Assembly (NCBI GenBank): GCA_000002445.1
Contig: CP000070.1
Span: 1,824,001 to 1,888,000, forward strand
DNA from: Trypanosoma brucei
Taxonomy: Eukaryota
Direction of reading: 5' to 3'
Length of the DNA: 64,000 nt
Notes under the pieces: generated by a model
The model's input: the letters and a program-made list of their open reading frames with translations, nothing else
Told to the model about the DNA's origin: nothing
Database searches by the model: none
In this document: one piece after another, positions 18,413-30,200 of the stretch
How the letters are laid out: every line of letters begins with the position of its first letter
Position numbering within the stretch: position 1 is the stretch's first letter
Made by a program: the position numbers and the translations under genes

Positions 18413-21112
18413 TCACTCATCGTCTGGTGGCACCTCCTCCAGCTGAGACTCCGGACATTTGATCCATTCATGTTCCAACAGTTCCGCTGCCGTGGCACGC
18501 TTTGGTACATCACGCTCAAAACACCTTGAAAAGAAATCGTACAGCATTTTGGGGCATTTCTTCGGCACTCCCGTCGGCATGGAAGTACTCTTTGAAATTT
18601 GGTACATGACTTGAAAAGCATTGGCGTTAGCGCTAATGGACCATGGCTGGCGTCCAAGTAACTCAACCACAAGACAACCCGCAGACCAAACATCTGCCGG
18701 GGCACCGTAATTGCCGTTGCCACTTAGAACCTCTGGTGCCATAAAAAAGGGGGTTCCAACAAATGTTTGGCCACCGGGACCCGTATTTCCACAATCCTGC
18801 ATGGCACTTGTGCCAATACGCTTGCTACAACCAAAGTCAGCGAGCTTTGCTTCACCCTGGGAAGAAATAAGAACGTTGTCGCTTTTAATATCGCGATGGA
18901 CAACCTTCATACTATGCAAATAGGAAAGACCCTGAAGTATCTGTCTGGTATACGTTCGCACGAGGGAAATTGAAAACGATTCCTTTGCTCGCTCAAACTT
19001 CCGTCGCAGCTGCGTCAAGCTACCACCGTGACAATGCTCAAGGAATATCTCCAAGCAGCGCGCGCCACTTTCCTGAACTTTCGTCTGGCATCCGTAGTAC
19101 GCCACGATGTTGGGGTGCTTCAAGGAACGCATCAGATTAATCTCGCGCAAAACACCTTCAAGCTCCGCCGTGTCTTCAGAAAATGGTATATCCTGCACCT
19201 TCACAGCAAATATTTTACCATCGTTGGAAATACCCTCGTACACGCAACCAAAGGATCCTTTGCCCAGTACACCCACCTTACTCCACTGCAGCTCTGAGTC
19301 CTCAGTAATTACAAGTGTATGATTTAACGTACTTGACGTTCTGTTAAGTTGAGTCGAGACGGTACCAAAAGTGGAGGTGAGACAATCGGTGTTTACATGA
19401 CTTGAAGAAGGATTAGGCGACATGACATCCTGCTCATCCCGCTTCTCTACCTGCATGGGCATCTCTGTTGCAGATTGCTCCGGCATGAGTTGCTTGCGTG
19501 TATCCGGCAAACCAATCTGAGATCCCAACAACCGACGCTGCTCCTCCCGCTGCCGGATCTTGTGCGAATCACGCACGTAAAGGCGAAGCACCGTCGTGTT
19601 GCTACAACTACCATCCTCTACGCTCGTTTGAAATTCATGCGCTATTACGGGTGTGCGTGTTAGAGCTGCACTACCTGCCCGTGCCTCACTCGCCACAAAT
19701 CGGCGTGAGAGTGGACTCGCTGCCGCACTTGGACTGCCTCGGCCAGAGGCGCACGTTGGCTTCGGTACCGTTTGACTTGCACAGACCTCTTTTCCTCCCT
19801 CTGTCATTAACCTCTTGAGGAACTGCGTGACGAGATTCCTAAAGTCTTTGGAAACATCAATATCCACGTGATCACCCGCAGCATTGATGCAATAAATATC
19901 AAAATCACCCATTCTCTCATAGCCGAACCGCCGCTTGATGTTGCTCCGAAATTGTGAGAACCGCGTAGATAGGCCAATGAAAAAAATTTTTACATTACGG
20001 TCCCCTTCACGTGATACCTTCACGGTAACTTTCTGGCGCCTCATCCACTTGAGTTCTGCGGCCTTCGCATTTCTGGCTTTCCCGTGAGTTTGACCGTGCT
20101 CGCCATCAAACACGTCTGAATCATCATCCCCATCATCATCACAATCATCCTCCTCATCATCATCATCTTCTTCATCTTCATTGTCATCATCCTCATCATC
20201 ATCATCCTCTTCGTCGTCATCCTCCTCATCGTCTTCCTCGTCGTCGTCATCCTCCTCATCGTCTTCTTCGTCATCATCTTCATCATCATCGTCATCGTTA
20301 TCATCATCATCATCACTATCCGAGGCGGCACAGTTTAGAGTCGGAACTTTTTTACTTTTTGACGCATCATTCTTTGATCCCTTGCCACGGGGTCCTGTCC
20401 CCACTAATCCCGCTGAAACCACTGAAGATGACGCCACTACTCCGCTACACCCTTTGGTACGTTCATTTTTACCGCTTCCTACCGAAACTAAATGACTCGT
20501 CGGCTCAGGACCCGCTTCTCCTGCTCGCCCATGAGGTATTGGAGGCAACTGCTCTATTGCCGTATAGGTCCCATCCAATTCTTCGACCATGGTTGAGCAG
20601 CGTGAGATTGGCTGAGTTGAACCGTCTTTTCCCACCACCGTTTGCTCAGATCCTGCGCCGCTTCCACGGCCTTCACTCGGAGTATTGGTGATGATATTCC
20701 TCATTTCCCTCTTCTGCTCTGGTGGGGCTAACGGATCATCGGTGCCGCGTCCCGTTTTGGCCTCCTCACATGCTTTAGTTGAAGTTTTGTGGTTTGTGGG
20801 TCGCAATCCCGGACGTAAAGTCGTTTCCGTCCCCTTTTTCCGACTTGCTGCAGCGCCTTTCTTGAGGCCGGTGCCGGGCACTTCACCACCACCTGGCGAT
20901 GGCGCTTTGGCTAAATTCACTCCCGCTCCTGCCACCTGACGGGAATTCTCAACTCCTGATGGCAAATCCCCAACAGTTTTCCCACCTTTAGATGCGGGTG
21001 CCTCCCTCGTCACTTCTTTATTTCCGCTACCGGCGATGGGGGTCTTTTTAGTTGAGGTGGTTGCAGTCACACGCCGCCCAGTCGCTGCCTTCGCGCCCTT
21101 CACGACAGGCAT
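18413..21112 (-). CDS. Ser/Thr protein kinase, STE11/MEKK-like MAP3K. Domain order is a basic S/T/P-rich N-terminus, an about 75-residue poly-Asp/Glu tract, a PB1-like domain, then a C-terminal kinase domain
   Basis: Kinase subdomain motifs are all present: LGKGSFGCVYEG (Gly loop), IFAVKV (VAIK Lys), HRDIKSDNVLI (catalytic loop), LADFGCSKR (DFG), GTPFFMAPEV (STE-type activation segment) and DVWSAGCLVVELL. Upstream, KVTVKVSREGDRNVKIFFIGLSTRFSQFRSNIKRRFGYERMGDFDIYCINAAGDHVDIDVSKDFRNLVTQF resembles a PB1 fold as seen in MEKK2/3. The track start at 21211 is GTG and sits inside a (TA)n run (MFRKDIYIYIYIY). The first ATG is at plus 21110-21112, so the start was moved there. Confidence 0.85.
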   Translation of the reverse strand: MPVVKGAKAATGRRVTATTSTKKTPIAGSGNKEVTREAPASKGGKTVGDLPSGVENSRQVAGAGVNLAKAPSPGGGEVPGTGLKKGAAASRKKGTETTLRPGLRPTNHKTSTKACEEAKTGRGTDDPLAPPEQKREMRNIITNTPSEGRGSGAGSEQTVVGKDGSTQPISRCSTMVEELDGTYTAIEQLPPIPHGRAGEAGPEPTSHLVSVGSGKNERTKGCSGVVASSSVVSAGLVGTGPRGKGSKNDASKSKKVPTLNCAASDSDDDDDNDDDDDEDDDEEDDEEDDDDEEDDEEDDDEEDDDDEDDDNEDEEDDDDEEDDCDDDGDDDSDVFDGEHGQTHGKARNAKAAELKWMRRQKVTVKVSREGDRNVKIFFIGLSTRFSQFRSNIKRRFGYERMGDFDIYCINAAGDHVDIDVSKDFRNLVTQFLKRLMTEGGKEVCASQTVPKPTCASGRGSPSAAASPLSRRFVASEARAGSAALTRTPVIAHEFQTSVEDGSCSNTTVLRLYVRDSHKIRQREEQRRLLGSQIGLPDTRKQLMPEQSATEMPMQVEKRDEQDVMSPNPSSSHVNTDCLTSTFGTVSTQLNRTSSTLNHTLVITEDSELQWSKVGVLGKGSFGCVYEGISNDGKIFAVKVQDIPFSEDTAELEGVLREINLMRSLKHPNIVAYYGCQTKVQESGARCLEIFLEHCHGGSLTQLRRKFERAKESFSISLVRTYTRQILQGLSYLHSMKVVHRDIKSDNVLISSQGEAKLADFGCSKRIGTSAMQDCGNTGPGGQTFVGTPFFMAPEVLSGNGNYGAPADVWSAGCLVVELLGRQPWSISANANAFQVMYQISKSTSMPTGVPKKCPKMLYDFFSRCFERDVPKRATAAELLEHEWIKCPESQLEEVPPDDE
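20119..20326 (-). repeat. Coding trinucleotide repeat, (GAN)n on the minus strand, encoding the poly-acidic D/E tract of the kinase
   Basis: Plus strand reads tcatcatcctcctcatcatcatcatcttcttcatc... It translates on minus as DSDDDDDNDDDDDEDDDEEDDEEDDDDEEDDEEDDDEEDDDDEDDDNEDEEDDDDEEDDCDDDGDDDSD. The antisense and frame-shifted track ORFs here (poly-Ser 20181..20495 on plus; Met/Thr/Lys-rich 20041..20331 on minus) are artefacts of this repeat. Confidence 0.85.
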
Positions 21113-21172
21113 GACAAGCGCGGTCAAACCGTGCACTCTCTGCTTGGCTCTTCCTTCTTGATATTTTTTCTT

Positions 21173-21198
21173 ATATATATATATATATATATATATAT
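21173..21198. repeat. (TA)13 microsatellite in the 5' flank of the kinase gene
   Basis: tatatatatatatatatatatatata read directly. Confidence 0.8.
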
Positions 21199-22759
21199 CC
21201 TTCCTAAACACGTAATGTAAATATATGCTTACGCGCGCTCAGGTGCGTGAGCCCAACAACTGAACAGATAAATCAAAAGGAAAAAGGAATATCAGTAGTT
21301 ATTACAATCTTTATTATTGTTGTTGTTATTGTTATTATAATTATATGCTGATGGGAACAAAAGAAACACAAAAAGTGAATGATCTGCTGTGGGACAATTC
21401 CTTAATTTAAAGCACTCACACACGAAAGTGGCGGCATCTTTCATTCATATCTCTACTCGATTTTCGAAAACGTTTATGCACACAATAATATGTAGGAAAG
21501 GTTGTAAAAAAAAAAATTTAAAAAAAAAAAAGAAACACGCACGATAATGCATGCTATGGAAAGTGGAAACGAAAAAAGAAAAAAAAAGCGATGTAAGTGA
21601 GGCAAAAAAAAAAAAAAAATCTGGCCATAATGACATCGTTTCAGCAAACAAAAGGAAAGGGAAAAGGAAAAAAGAAAAAAGAAAAAAAGGGGGAAAAAAA
21701 GCGCTGTCCCTCTAAATGTACGGCTTACTAATACTCGTACAAATATTGAAACCGTCACATACAACAACACATATAACATCACACAAACACCTCCTCCGAC
21801 ACAATTACTTCACATGTGTCAATCGGTACTTGAATTAATCCTCTCAACATATTTATTTAATATATATTTCCTTTCCCCTCCTATTTGTGTCCCTCGTGTA
21901 CTTTTTTTTTCCTTCTTCCTTTTATTCCTCATTTAATTTTCCTCCTTTTACAGTTCCTCTTTTCTCTTGATTTTTTTTTGTTCTTTTAAAGTTCTAAAAA
22001 TAGGTACAAAAATTGAATGCACATTTCCTGTGCGTAAAGGTTACAAATAAAAAAAAAAGAGGCGATTGTCTGAAAGGAAATAAGAAAGGTGAAGCTAACA
22101 AAAATAAGTAATATAAGGGTGAAATTTACAAAAGTAGCGCCCATAACAATTCAAACGAAAAACAAAAAAGAAACTGAGAGGATTGAGTAGCATAATTAAA
22201 AAAATCTTTAATGAGAAAACAATACAAAACATGACGGAAAGAAAGAAAGAAATGTGAAGTAATGAGTGAGTAACTCGATCTAACAAAAACAAAAAAAGTG
22301 CAATTAGAAATCATGTAGAATCAACAATGATAATGATAATAATAACAATAACAATAACAGCAACAGTAATAGTAAAATGGAAGAAACAGAGACGTGAAAC
22401 AAAATATCGAATTCTCCATTGAAACCAATAAAAGAGGGAAAATAGGAATAACAGAGTACTATTTGAATCCTCTTTCTTTTTATTTCTTTTTTTTTTGCTT
22501 TGCTTTCCTTCTCTTCCCCTTTTTTCCTCTTTATTCTCACCATCAGGACCAGACGGCGGAAAATTTAAAATAAAAAAAGTACATACGCACAAATATATAT
22601 ATATATATATTTATTTATATTTATTTATTTAGGTGTGGAAAAAACACAAAAGTGGACGCCTGTGCGAGTGGAGCAGAAAATAAAAACACAAGGCAGCCAC
22701 TGCGTCTCTAATGATAACAACTAAAAGATGATATAATAAGGAAAATTAAAAAAGAAAAA

Positions 22760-22788
22760 GGGATGGGATGGGATGGGATGGAATGGGA
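22760..22788. repeat. (GGGAT)n pentanucleotide tandem repeat
   Basis: gggatgggatgggatgggatggaatggga read directly. Confidence 0.7.
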
Positions 22789-23787
22789 CAAGCAAGAGAA
22801 ATGTTTCCGGTGGCGAAAAAAAAAAAATGGGTTGACCACCAAATCTCAATAAGTTTCACAGATTGTGGATTACCCTGAAGAACAATAGTAAAAACCATTC
22901 TTGAAATAAAAAAATTTAAAAAAAAAAGATCATAAAAATCATAATAAAACAAAACTAGGAGTTCTACATCTCCTCCTCCAAGAAGCTTTCATCCCCGAAT
23001 GCTTCTAACACTGTTGTCATTTAAAATATTAAATGTCATTTGTGATCTGTTAATCCATTTCACAGCCCATACATTCAACTGTCAGTATTTCGTGTATATC
23101 CCACACTCTCCTAAACTCATTCACCCCCCTTTAAATCCACTTAGTGAAGAAGAAAAATAAAAAACAAAACAGTGCTCGAGGTATATATAGATATGAGAAG
23201 AGGGAAGGGAGAAAGGGAAAGAGAGGAGAAACAAACTAAAGAAAAGGAATGTTTCTTTTTCTCGATTTCCTCATCCGTCTTTTGCCAAGACAATAAACTT
23301 ATCTTTGACCTTTTTATCTCCATGACTCGCATTACGTAACCTTTTATTTTCCTTCTTGTCACCATCTCGTTTTCTTATGCGCCTCTACTAAATTTATTTT
23401 CTTTCCTTCTTTCTTTCTTTTTTTTTTCATTTAGTCCGTCATGACCTCATCTTTCCTCTTATTCCATCCCTTTCCTTCCTACCCCCTTTTTGCTGATATT
23501 TCCCTCACTGCTCTGTGTAGCTCTGTCATCTATATTATTTGTTACGGGGTGAAATCTTCCCTTCTAATTATATCACACATCCACTTATTTCTAGTCAAGT
23601 AGCCCTCCAAAATTCCCCCAAGCATGTACATTTACAAAATAAAATAAAAGAAAGAGAAATAGAAACAGAAACAGAAACAGAAATAGAAATAGAAAAGGCG
23701 AAAAACGCACACATATACATACACACACTTTAGGACCAAAGGGACCTGCTACGATGCTTCAATAACAATTACGAAAGCAGCGCACAC

Positions 23788-25254
23788 TCATGCGGAGCGA
23801 AGTGTCCCACGTTGCGGCACCCGCCCACTCGCGATGTTGATGTTTTCATTTCCTTTTGTCTTTGGCCCGTTGACTCTCACCGTCTCATTCAACATTGACT
23901 GCGGGCGGAGGCACAATCCAGCCTTGGGTTTGGATCCCTCGGATGATAATGTTTCATTCAGCACCGCTGGACGACGCGATGAGTGCACATTGCTGCCCGG
24001 GCTGAGAGGTATGGATGGCGGCAATTCCAAAAAAAATCCACCGACACGGTGCGGTGCACCACGCATTTCGTATTCCGGAAGCGGAACGGAACTGCCCCGG
24101 CTTTCCCCTGTGGCACTTGAAGCAATTCCACTATCATCATAACGGCCTGGAGCCAGGCTCCTTCTCACAGCATCATCCCCACTGATCCCCTCAGAGTCAC
24201 ACCGCCCACTTTGTATATCTGCATTCCCGCTATCAACTGCACTGCGGGCTGCAAATTCTTGAGGAGTGCAAGTCGGGTTGCGCGGTGCAGGTGACCAACT
24301 TACGCTGTGCTCGCTATGATGTGGTCCACCTCCAGATCTGCTCTTATTTATCCGATGTGATGCCAAGCTCACGCGGCCGGCTGTTCGAGATGTCAATTGA
24401 TAGTTCCCCCTTGTAGTCACGGCTGGTATTTTTGCGCATGGTGACTTTGATGCACGGTTGACACCTCCACTGGGTTGCATGGCTTGATTTGTGTTACCAC
24501 ACGCCCTACCAGCCGCTCCTGCGGAATCCACCGGACTGGTCGTGCCGACAGGAGTCGTGAGCGAATGTCCCCACGACACGCACGACAGATCCATCGGCAG
24601 TTGCCCGTCCGTTGAGGACTCCGTGAACTGCACACGAGAGCAACTTCCCTCCCGCTGCGAAAAGAAATCGACTGGGAGGTTGAGCGGACTATTTGGCGGC
24701 ACATTTCCCTCTTGCGACCGAGATGAAAAAGCACCAGACTCCAGCTGCAACTCTACCAAGCTTTCTCCACATCTCATCATGCTGTTGGTGCTGCTGCGAC
24801 GACACAAACACGTTTGTCCAAGTAGACTTGTATCGCATACGGCACTGCATTGGCTGACATATACCATAGAAGGTGCGGCGGAACGGTGCGCAACGCTATT
24901 GGCTTCGCTACGTGTGCCACCCCACGTCCCGGGTTCGCGTTCAACAACAGTTCGGCATCCAAACTCAACGGATTCGGTTTCTCTGTCACTTACCATCAGA
25001 TGCTGCGGGGACGGAGAAACATCTCTGAGAGGAGGTGTGGCGGAAACACTTTCCGTCCCTGGAGGATCGCAAGTACAAACAACCGCTGGTGGGAAATTCG
25101 GAAGCGGCGAGGTATCGGCTACGGAGCGGGCGAGAAGCGACGTCGGGCAACGCTCACGAAGCGGTGATACGCCCGGGTAGGGAATGGGAGATTTGCGAAA
25201 TGAAGTAACGGCTGCGGTGGGACGCGTCGCCTCAGGGCTTCTGGAGAGGCTCAT
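23788..25254 (-). CDS. Ser/Pro/Thr-rich hypothetical protein (488 aa), probably largely disordered
   Basis: ATG verified (plus 25252-25254 'cat'). The ORF coincides exactly with a GC-rich island sitting inside kilobases of AT-rich low-complexity DNA. It has the same orientation as all other genes. The antisense 229-aa plus ORF (24491..25180) is shorter and is judged a GC-driven artefact. Confidence 0.55.
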   Translation of the reverse strand: MSLSRSPEATRPTAAVTSFRKSPIPYPGVSPLRERCPTSLLARSVADTSPLPNFPPAVVCTCDPPGTESVSATPPLRDVSPSPQHLMVSDRETESVEFGCRTVVEREPGTWGGTRSEANSVAHRSAAPSMVYVSQCSAVCDTSLLGQTCLCRRSSTNSMMRCGESLVELQLESGAFSSRSQEGNVPPNSPLNLPVDFFSQREGSCSRVQFTESSTDGQLPMDLSCVSWGHSLTTPVGTTSPVDSAGAAGRACGNTNQAMQPSGGVNRASKSPCAKIPAVTTRGNYQLTSRTAGRVSLASHRINKSRSGGGPHHSEHSVSWSPAPRNPTCTPQEFAARSAVDSGNADIQSGRCDSEGISGDDAVRRSLAPGRYDDSGIASSATGESRGSSVPLPEYEMRGAPHRVGGFFLELPPSIPLSPGSNVHSSRRPAVLNETLSSEGSKPKAGLCLRPQSMLNETVRVNGPKTKGNENINIASGRVPQRGTLRSA

Positions 25255-25722
25255 TTCTTTGTTTTGCTGTTCCTTTTTTTTTCTTTTTGATTTTTTATTT
25301 TATTTTATTTTCAGTTGTTTGTTTGTTTGTTTGTTCGTTTGTTCGTTTGTCCCCTCACCTCTCCTACTGTTAATGGGGTGATGAGAAAATGTAATAAAGT
25401 TGCCCCCTGTGTGATCCAAATGATAGAACAACTTATTCTTCTCAACCCTTTTTTTCTTTTCCTTTTTTTTTTCCTCTTTCTTCCCCGAGATGTATGCGAT
25501 TAATACGGGACGCGACTACCTTTTCCTATTGCCCCCTACTAACCCTTTATTCACCGCGTATATCCCCAGAGCCTTCACTTGACAGCAACTTCACTTTTCC
25601 CCCCGAGATCGTCCACAACTATCTGCTGCTTTTCTGTTTTACGTCCTCCTTTTTCTTTTTTTTCTCCTCCTCCTCCCCTTTCCTCTCTCGCCGTTTTAAT
25701 GCCTTCCAAATCTTACACACAA

Positions 25723-25754
<32 letters not shown>

Positions 25755-27710
25755 TTATATATTTCTTTTATTTCTTTTTATTTATGCCTCAGTTGATGAG
25801 AAATAAACTCTCCCTTTCCCTCGCTATAACACAACCTTTGCGCCGTAAAGAAACGTGTGGTGTCGTTTACGATGCAGGAGGTGACGGACTCTAATTCCCC
25901 TTTCCCGTTCTTTCACTTTTGCCGCTAGCTATTTGATTTGGCTTTTGTTTCTTTTCTTTTTTTTTCTTTTTTTTTTTTGCTTTGGTTTGCTTTTTGTTTA
26001 TGCCTTCTCTCTTCTTCTTTATTATTATTATTCCTCTCGATGTTCGTTAACAACAACAAAAAAAAGAAAAAAAGAACTACCGGATAATTGTTTTGCTATT
26101 CTTCCTGTTTGTCTGTCTGTTTCCTAAACGATTGTTTTTTCCTGCTAACGACGTAATACACACGCACAGTAAGCAGTTTTGAAATTTTCTGCTCAGTGAA
26201 ATAAATAATAAAAGGAAAGCGTAAATATATAACAACCAAATCACGAGAAAAATTAAAAAAATTAAAAAGGAAAGAAAAGAAAAGGAAAGGAAAGGAAATG
26301 GGAGAAAGAGTGAAGCACGCTAACAACAACAACAACAACAGCGGCAGTAACAGCAGAAGCGGCAGCAAATAAAAGAGCACAGAACGAAGGACAAATAATA
26401 AATTAACAAATGAATAAATAGAGACAGTGGAGACATCAAATATTTCGCCAAGACGACGAGAGAACCGGCTAATATTTACAAAAAAAAAAGAAAGAAAGAA
26501 AGAACAAACAAACAAAAACTATTATTTACGTTATTTATTAATAGGCGAGTCTGCCATTTAAACATTGAGTCGGTGAGTAATAATTAAAAAACGGAACAGA
26601 ACAGAAAAAACAAAACAAAACAAGAACTAAGAGGAATGGCAAGAACAACAAAAAAAAAGAAATAGAAAAGGTTTGATCGAATAAACGAATGAATGAATGC
26701 GTGAGTAAACGCGTGAGAGTTCGTACACGCTCCTCAGTAACGCATCAAACGGGAGCGTAAAAGAAGCAAAGTTGAGAAGCAAATAAAACAAAAAAAAAGA
26801 AACAGACAGAGACATAAATAAGCAGAGAAAATAAAAATAAAAATAAAATAAATAAATGAGCAGAAAAGATAAATAGAAAGGGAAATAGAGAAGAAGACAA
26901 GCAAACCAAACAAGCACTTACGGGCTCACACCTACACACTTACATGCGAAACACATTAATATAAATATACACACACATAAACATATAAATATAAAATATG
27001 TATATATGCATATAAGTTTTTCTTTGTTTTTTTTTTGCCCTCCTTTTCACATATAATAATAACACACATCCGGCAAAATGCATCATCAGGAATATTCGCT
27101 TTCATCCACTTGCATCTAAATATTCATCCAGCGGATAACATATTGTCAAAAAGATTTCTTTTTTAAAAAATGGGGGAGAATCAGAAAATGAGTAAAAAGG
27201 GAAGATAAAAGAAGTACGAGGACAATATGTTAAAATAAAGAAAAATTTTAAAAACAAAAAAAAAACAAAAAAGGAAGGACCTCCTATCTACAACACACAG
27301 AGAGAAACAAATACCTGTAAAAAGAAAACAAAAATTACTTTACATTAACAAGCAAACACACAAAAACAAAAGGCGCAAAAAGAACACAAAAGTATAAACC
27401 AAAGATTTTAAAAAAAAAAAGATATAAAAATAAATAAAAAATGAACTAAAGAAACTAAACCAAACAAAAGGTGGAAATGTCGCATAATCTCATCTTGAAA
27501 AGAAACCGTCACGTCTTCTTCACATCTCTTTTTTATTTCTTTTCTTTTTGTTGTTGTTGTTGTTGTTGATTTCCTTATTCGTGAGTTTCCTGGGCAATTT
27601 AACACCTACACATTCATTCAAATCATTCATTCAAATCATTCGTTTAGCTAAAGAAAGAGAAAGACCTTACGGCGGAAAAGCAATAGTGATGACTCAAAAA
27701 AAAAAAAAAA

Positions 27711-27838
27711 CACAACACAACACAACACAACAACGGACTAAAATAAGATAAGATAAGAATATTATTCAGAGAAAAACAAAAAAGTAAGATAAGATAAGAT
27801 AAGATGAAGTGGGGTGAAGTGAAGTCAGGTGAAGTGAG
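27711..27838. repeat. Cluster of pentanucleotide tandem repeats: (CACAA)n, (AAGAT)n and (GTGAA)n
   Basis: cacaacacaacacaacacaacaacgg, then aagataagataag (x2 blocks), then gtgaagtgaagtcaggtgaagtgagg, all read directly. Confidence 0.7.
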
Positions 27839-29001
27839 GTAGTAAAGAAGCAGGAGGGAAATAAGTAAGAATATTTAAAAAGAAAAAAAGTACGAAATTA
27901 TTAAAATCACAATATAATATGATAATTAAATATATAGTAATTTATCTATTCATTCATCCATTTTTTTTTAAAGAAGAAAAAGAATGAAAGAATACGATAA
28001 TGTGCGAGGAGAGGGTAAGAGAAACAAAAAAAAGGGATGAATAATGCGAGTCAAATATTACTAATTGTTGTAAATAAACATATTTATCGATTTCCTCCTC
28101 CCTTTCGTAACTTCTTGTTGTCGTTCCCTTTTCTTCTCTTTTTTTTTTCTTTTTTTTTACTTTTTTTTCTCTCTCTCTCTCCCTTTTCTTCTCTTTCTCT
28201 TTCTTTTATTTTGCTTTTACTGATGTCTCTGTTGTTTTGCATCAGGACACCCTCTCATTCTCTCACTTTCCTAATCCTAACACTTTTTCCTTGTCCGCTT
28301 GATTATTTTTGTTTTCTCTTGAAGCAAAAACAAAAAGCAATTATGCTTTTCTTTCATTTTAATATTATTATTATTTTTTTTCATTTCTTGTCCCTCCACT
28401 TTAACCCCATCTCTCTTTCCATATTTCCATAGTAGTGTAAAAAAGTGACACTCGCATGGTCTTCTGTACATGAGAAATGCACATAACGTTTAAATCATCC
28501 CCTTTCCATTCTCTTCCCCTTTTCGCATGTGCCGTTACAAAACCAAAAAAAAAAGAAACAGCAATAAGTAGCGCTACATCCGCATTATATCATGCGGAAG
28601 GGGAGAGGAAAGAAGTGCCTTACACAAAAAAAAAAATGGGGGGAAGTAAAAATAAAAGTAAAGTAAAGGAATGGAAAGGAAAGGAAAGAAAACATAGAAA
28701 CACACACACACACACATATACGAAAATGTGCAGCAACGTCAGCTCGCACTTGCATCATTACTCATTTCACCAGGCCTGCACGACCGCAAGCGAGTGCATT
28801 AAATCCTCACTTTACCAATAACGTGGTTAAACCACGCACATACATATACATACAAGTGCATACACGTGTATGCACTTCATATATATATATATATATGCAT
28901 GAATGGACGGGTTCATGTAAATATATATTTATCTATTTATATTTATGTATAAATGAATGGGTTGCATACCCGTACGCATGGGCTTGTTGTTGCTTGCTTG
29001 C

Positions 29002-29823
29002 TTACGTGATCTCGCAGTCACGCACGGATGCTAAAGGCGAGGTTGCAATTGCCTCTCCATCACCCCTACCACTTCGGCTGCAACTGCAACTGCAATAACC
29101 ATGACGGCTGTTACTTCTCCGATTGTGAAGTCCATTGTGATTACGCTTGTAGTAACCGGGGTTTGGATATGGAAGTATGGAAGGTGATGGATCTTTTAAC
29201 CATCGGCGTGCGAGAGGCACAAATGCTTGTCCATATGATGGCCGTGGCGAAGAACAACTACTCACAGCACAAATATCAGCAACTCCAATTGAAGCACTCG
29301 CAGTTGCAACGGCGGGACCACCCGTCAGCTCATCTCCGTTAAGCGTAGAGGCGTCTTCACATGCACACCACGCGAGAGGAGTCATGCGACCACCCGTAAA
29401 ACCAAACGAACCCGTACGCGAAAACCAACGTGAGCGACTTCCAGAGCGACGGCATGATTCCTCCGCCATTAAAACATCATCGCAACAACAACAACAACAA
29501 CCGCCAGCGCCATCATCATCCCCATTGGAGAAGTAATAATAAAAGCCATCATCGTCATCGACATCATCGTCGCGGTTATGGTTATGGTTATGGTTACGTT
29601 CAGCGCCGTAACAACAATCACTTGCGTAGTTGTTATCACTACTATTGAAACCGACGCTGTTGGCGCGGCCCTCTGTTCTTTCTTTTTTTTCCTTCTTTAG
29701 AGTTGCTAACATTAATTGTCGTCTGGCGCGAGTCGGTGGGCTCGGGGCCCGTGGGGGAAAATTAGCGATGGAAAATACGCCAGCAGCAACGGTCCTCTCA
29801 GGATCTTGTGGAATGTCTTCCAT
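29002..29823 (-). CDS. Low-complexity hypothetical protein (273 aa) with CCCCCC, NHNHNHN and D-rich runs. This is a tentative gene
   Basis: ATG verified (plus 29821-29823 'cat'). The ORF spans an isolated 0.85-kb GC-rich island in the middle of a 7-kb AT-rich gap. Its orientation matches the gene array. The composition is repetitive and several overlapping plus ORFs exist, so coding status is uncertain. Confidence 0.35.
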   Translation of the reverse strand: MEDIPQDPERTVAAGVFSIANFPPRAPSPPTRARRQLMLATLKKEKKERTEGRANSVGFNSSDNNYASDCCYGAERNHNHNHNRDDDVDDDDGFYYYFSNGDDDGAGGCCCCCCDDVLMAEESCRRSGSRSRWFSRTGSFGFTGGRMTPLAWCACEDASTLNGDELTGGPAVATASASIGVADICAVSSCSSPRPSYGQAFVPLARRWLKDPSPSILPYPNPGYYKRNHNGLHNRRSNSRHGYCSCSCSRSGRGDGEAIATSPLASVRDCEIT

Positions 29824-30166
29824 CCAGCTTTCGAGAGGAAATATTTTCTCTTCTCTTTTTATTTTCCTTATTTTTTATTTTCTTTTCTTTTATCTGTTTC
29901 CTCCTCCTTCCTTTTGTTGTTTAGCACAACACACGACTTTGCTATTGGTGATTGTGAATCAAATGTATCGTTGCCGTTGTGAAGGCGGCGTCCGTACCTT
30001 TCAGGTGGTTGTTCGCCTGCTTTTATCAACTTTTCAACCCTTCCGTTTTGTTTTTTTGATGATGTTGTTGTTGCTTTTGCCTACAAATAAATAAATATCC
30101 TTTTTTTTTCTTTTCTTTCCTCTCTCTCTCACTCACTCACTCACACCCTCTCTTTTCTTTTTTTTC

Positions 30167-30188
<22 letters not shown>
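30167..30188. repeat. (GT)11 microsatellite. A (CA)9 lies at about 30831-30848
   Basis: gtgtgtgtgtgtgtgtgtgtgt read directly. Confidence 0.8.

Positions 30189-30200
<12 letters not shown>

Noticed and set aside
20181-20495. Plus-strand ORF encoding about 40 consecutive serines (MSSSSSSSS...), plus minus-strand ORF 20041..20331 rich in Met/Thr/Lys
   Set aside because: Both are alternative-frame or antisense readings of the (GAN)n repeat that encodes the kinase's poly-D/E tract. They are not independent genes.
24491-25180. 229-aa plus-strand ORF antisense to the 488-aa S-rich gene. Similar long antisense ORFs occur at 39145..39909, 42279..42830 and 36027..36518
   Set aside because: They lie inside GC-rich minus-strand genes, where stop codons are rare on the opposite strand. 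They are shorter than the sense ORFs and have no start/stop context. The whole window is a single-orientation gene array.
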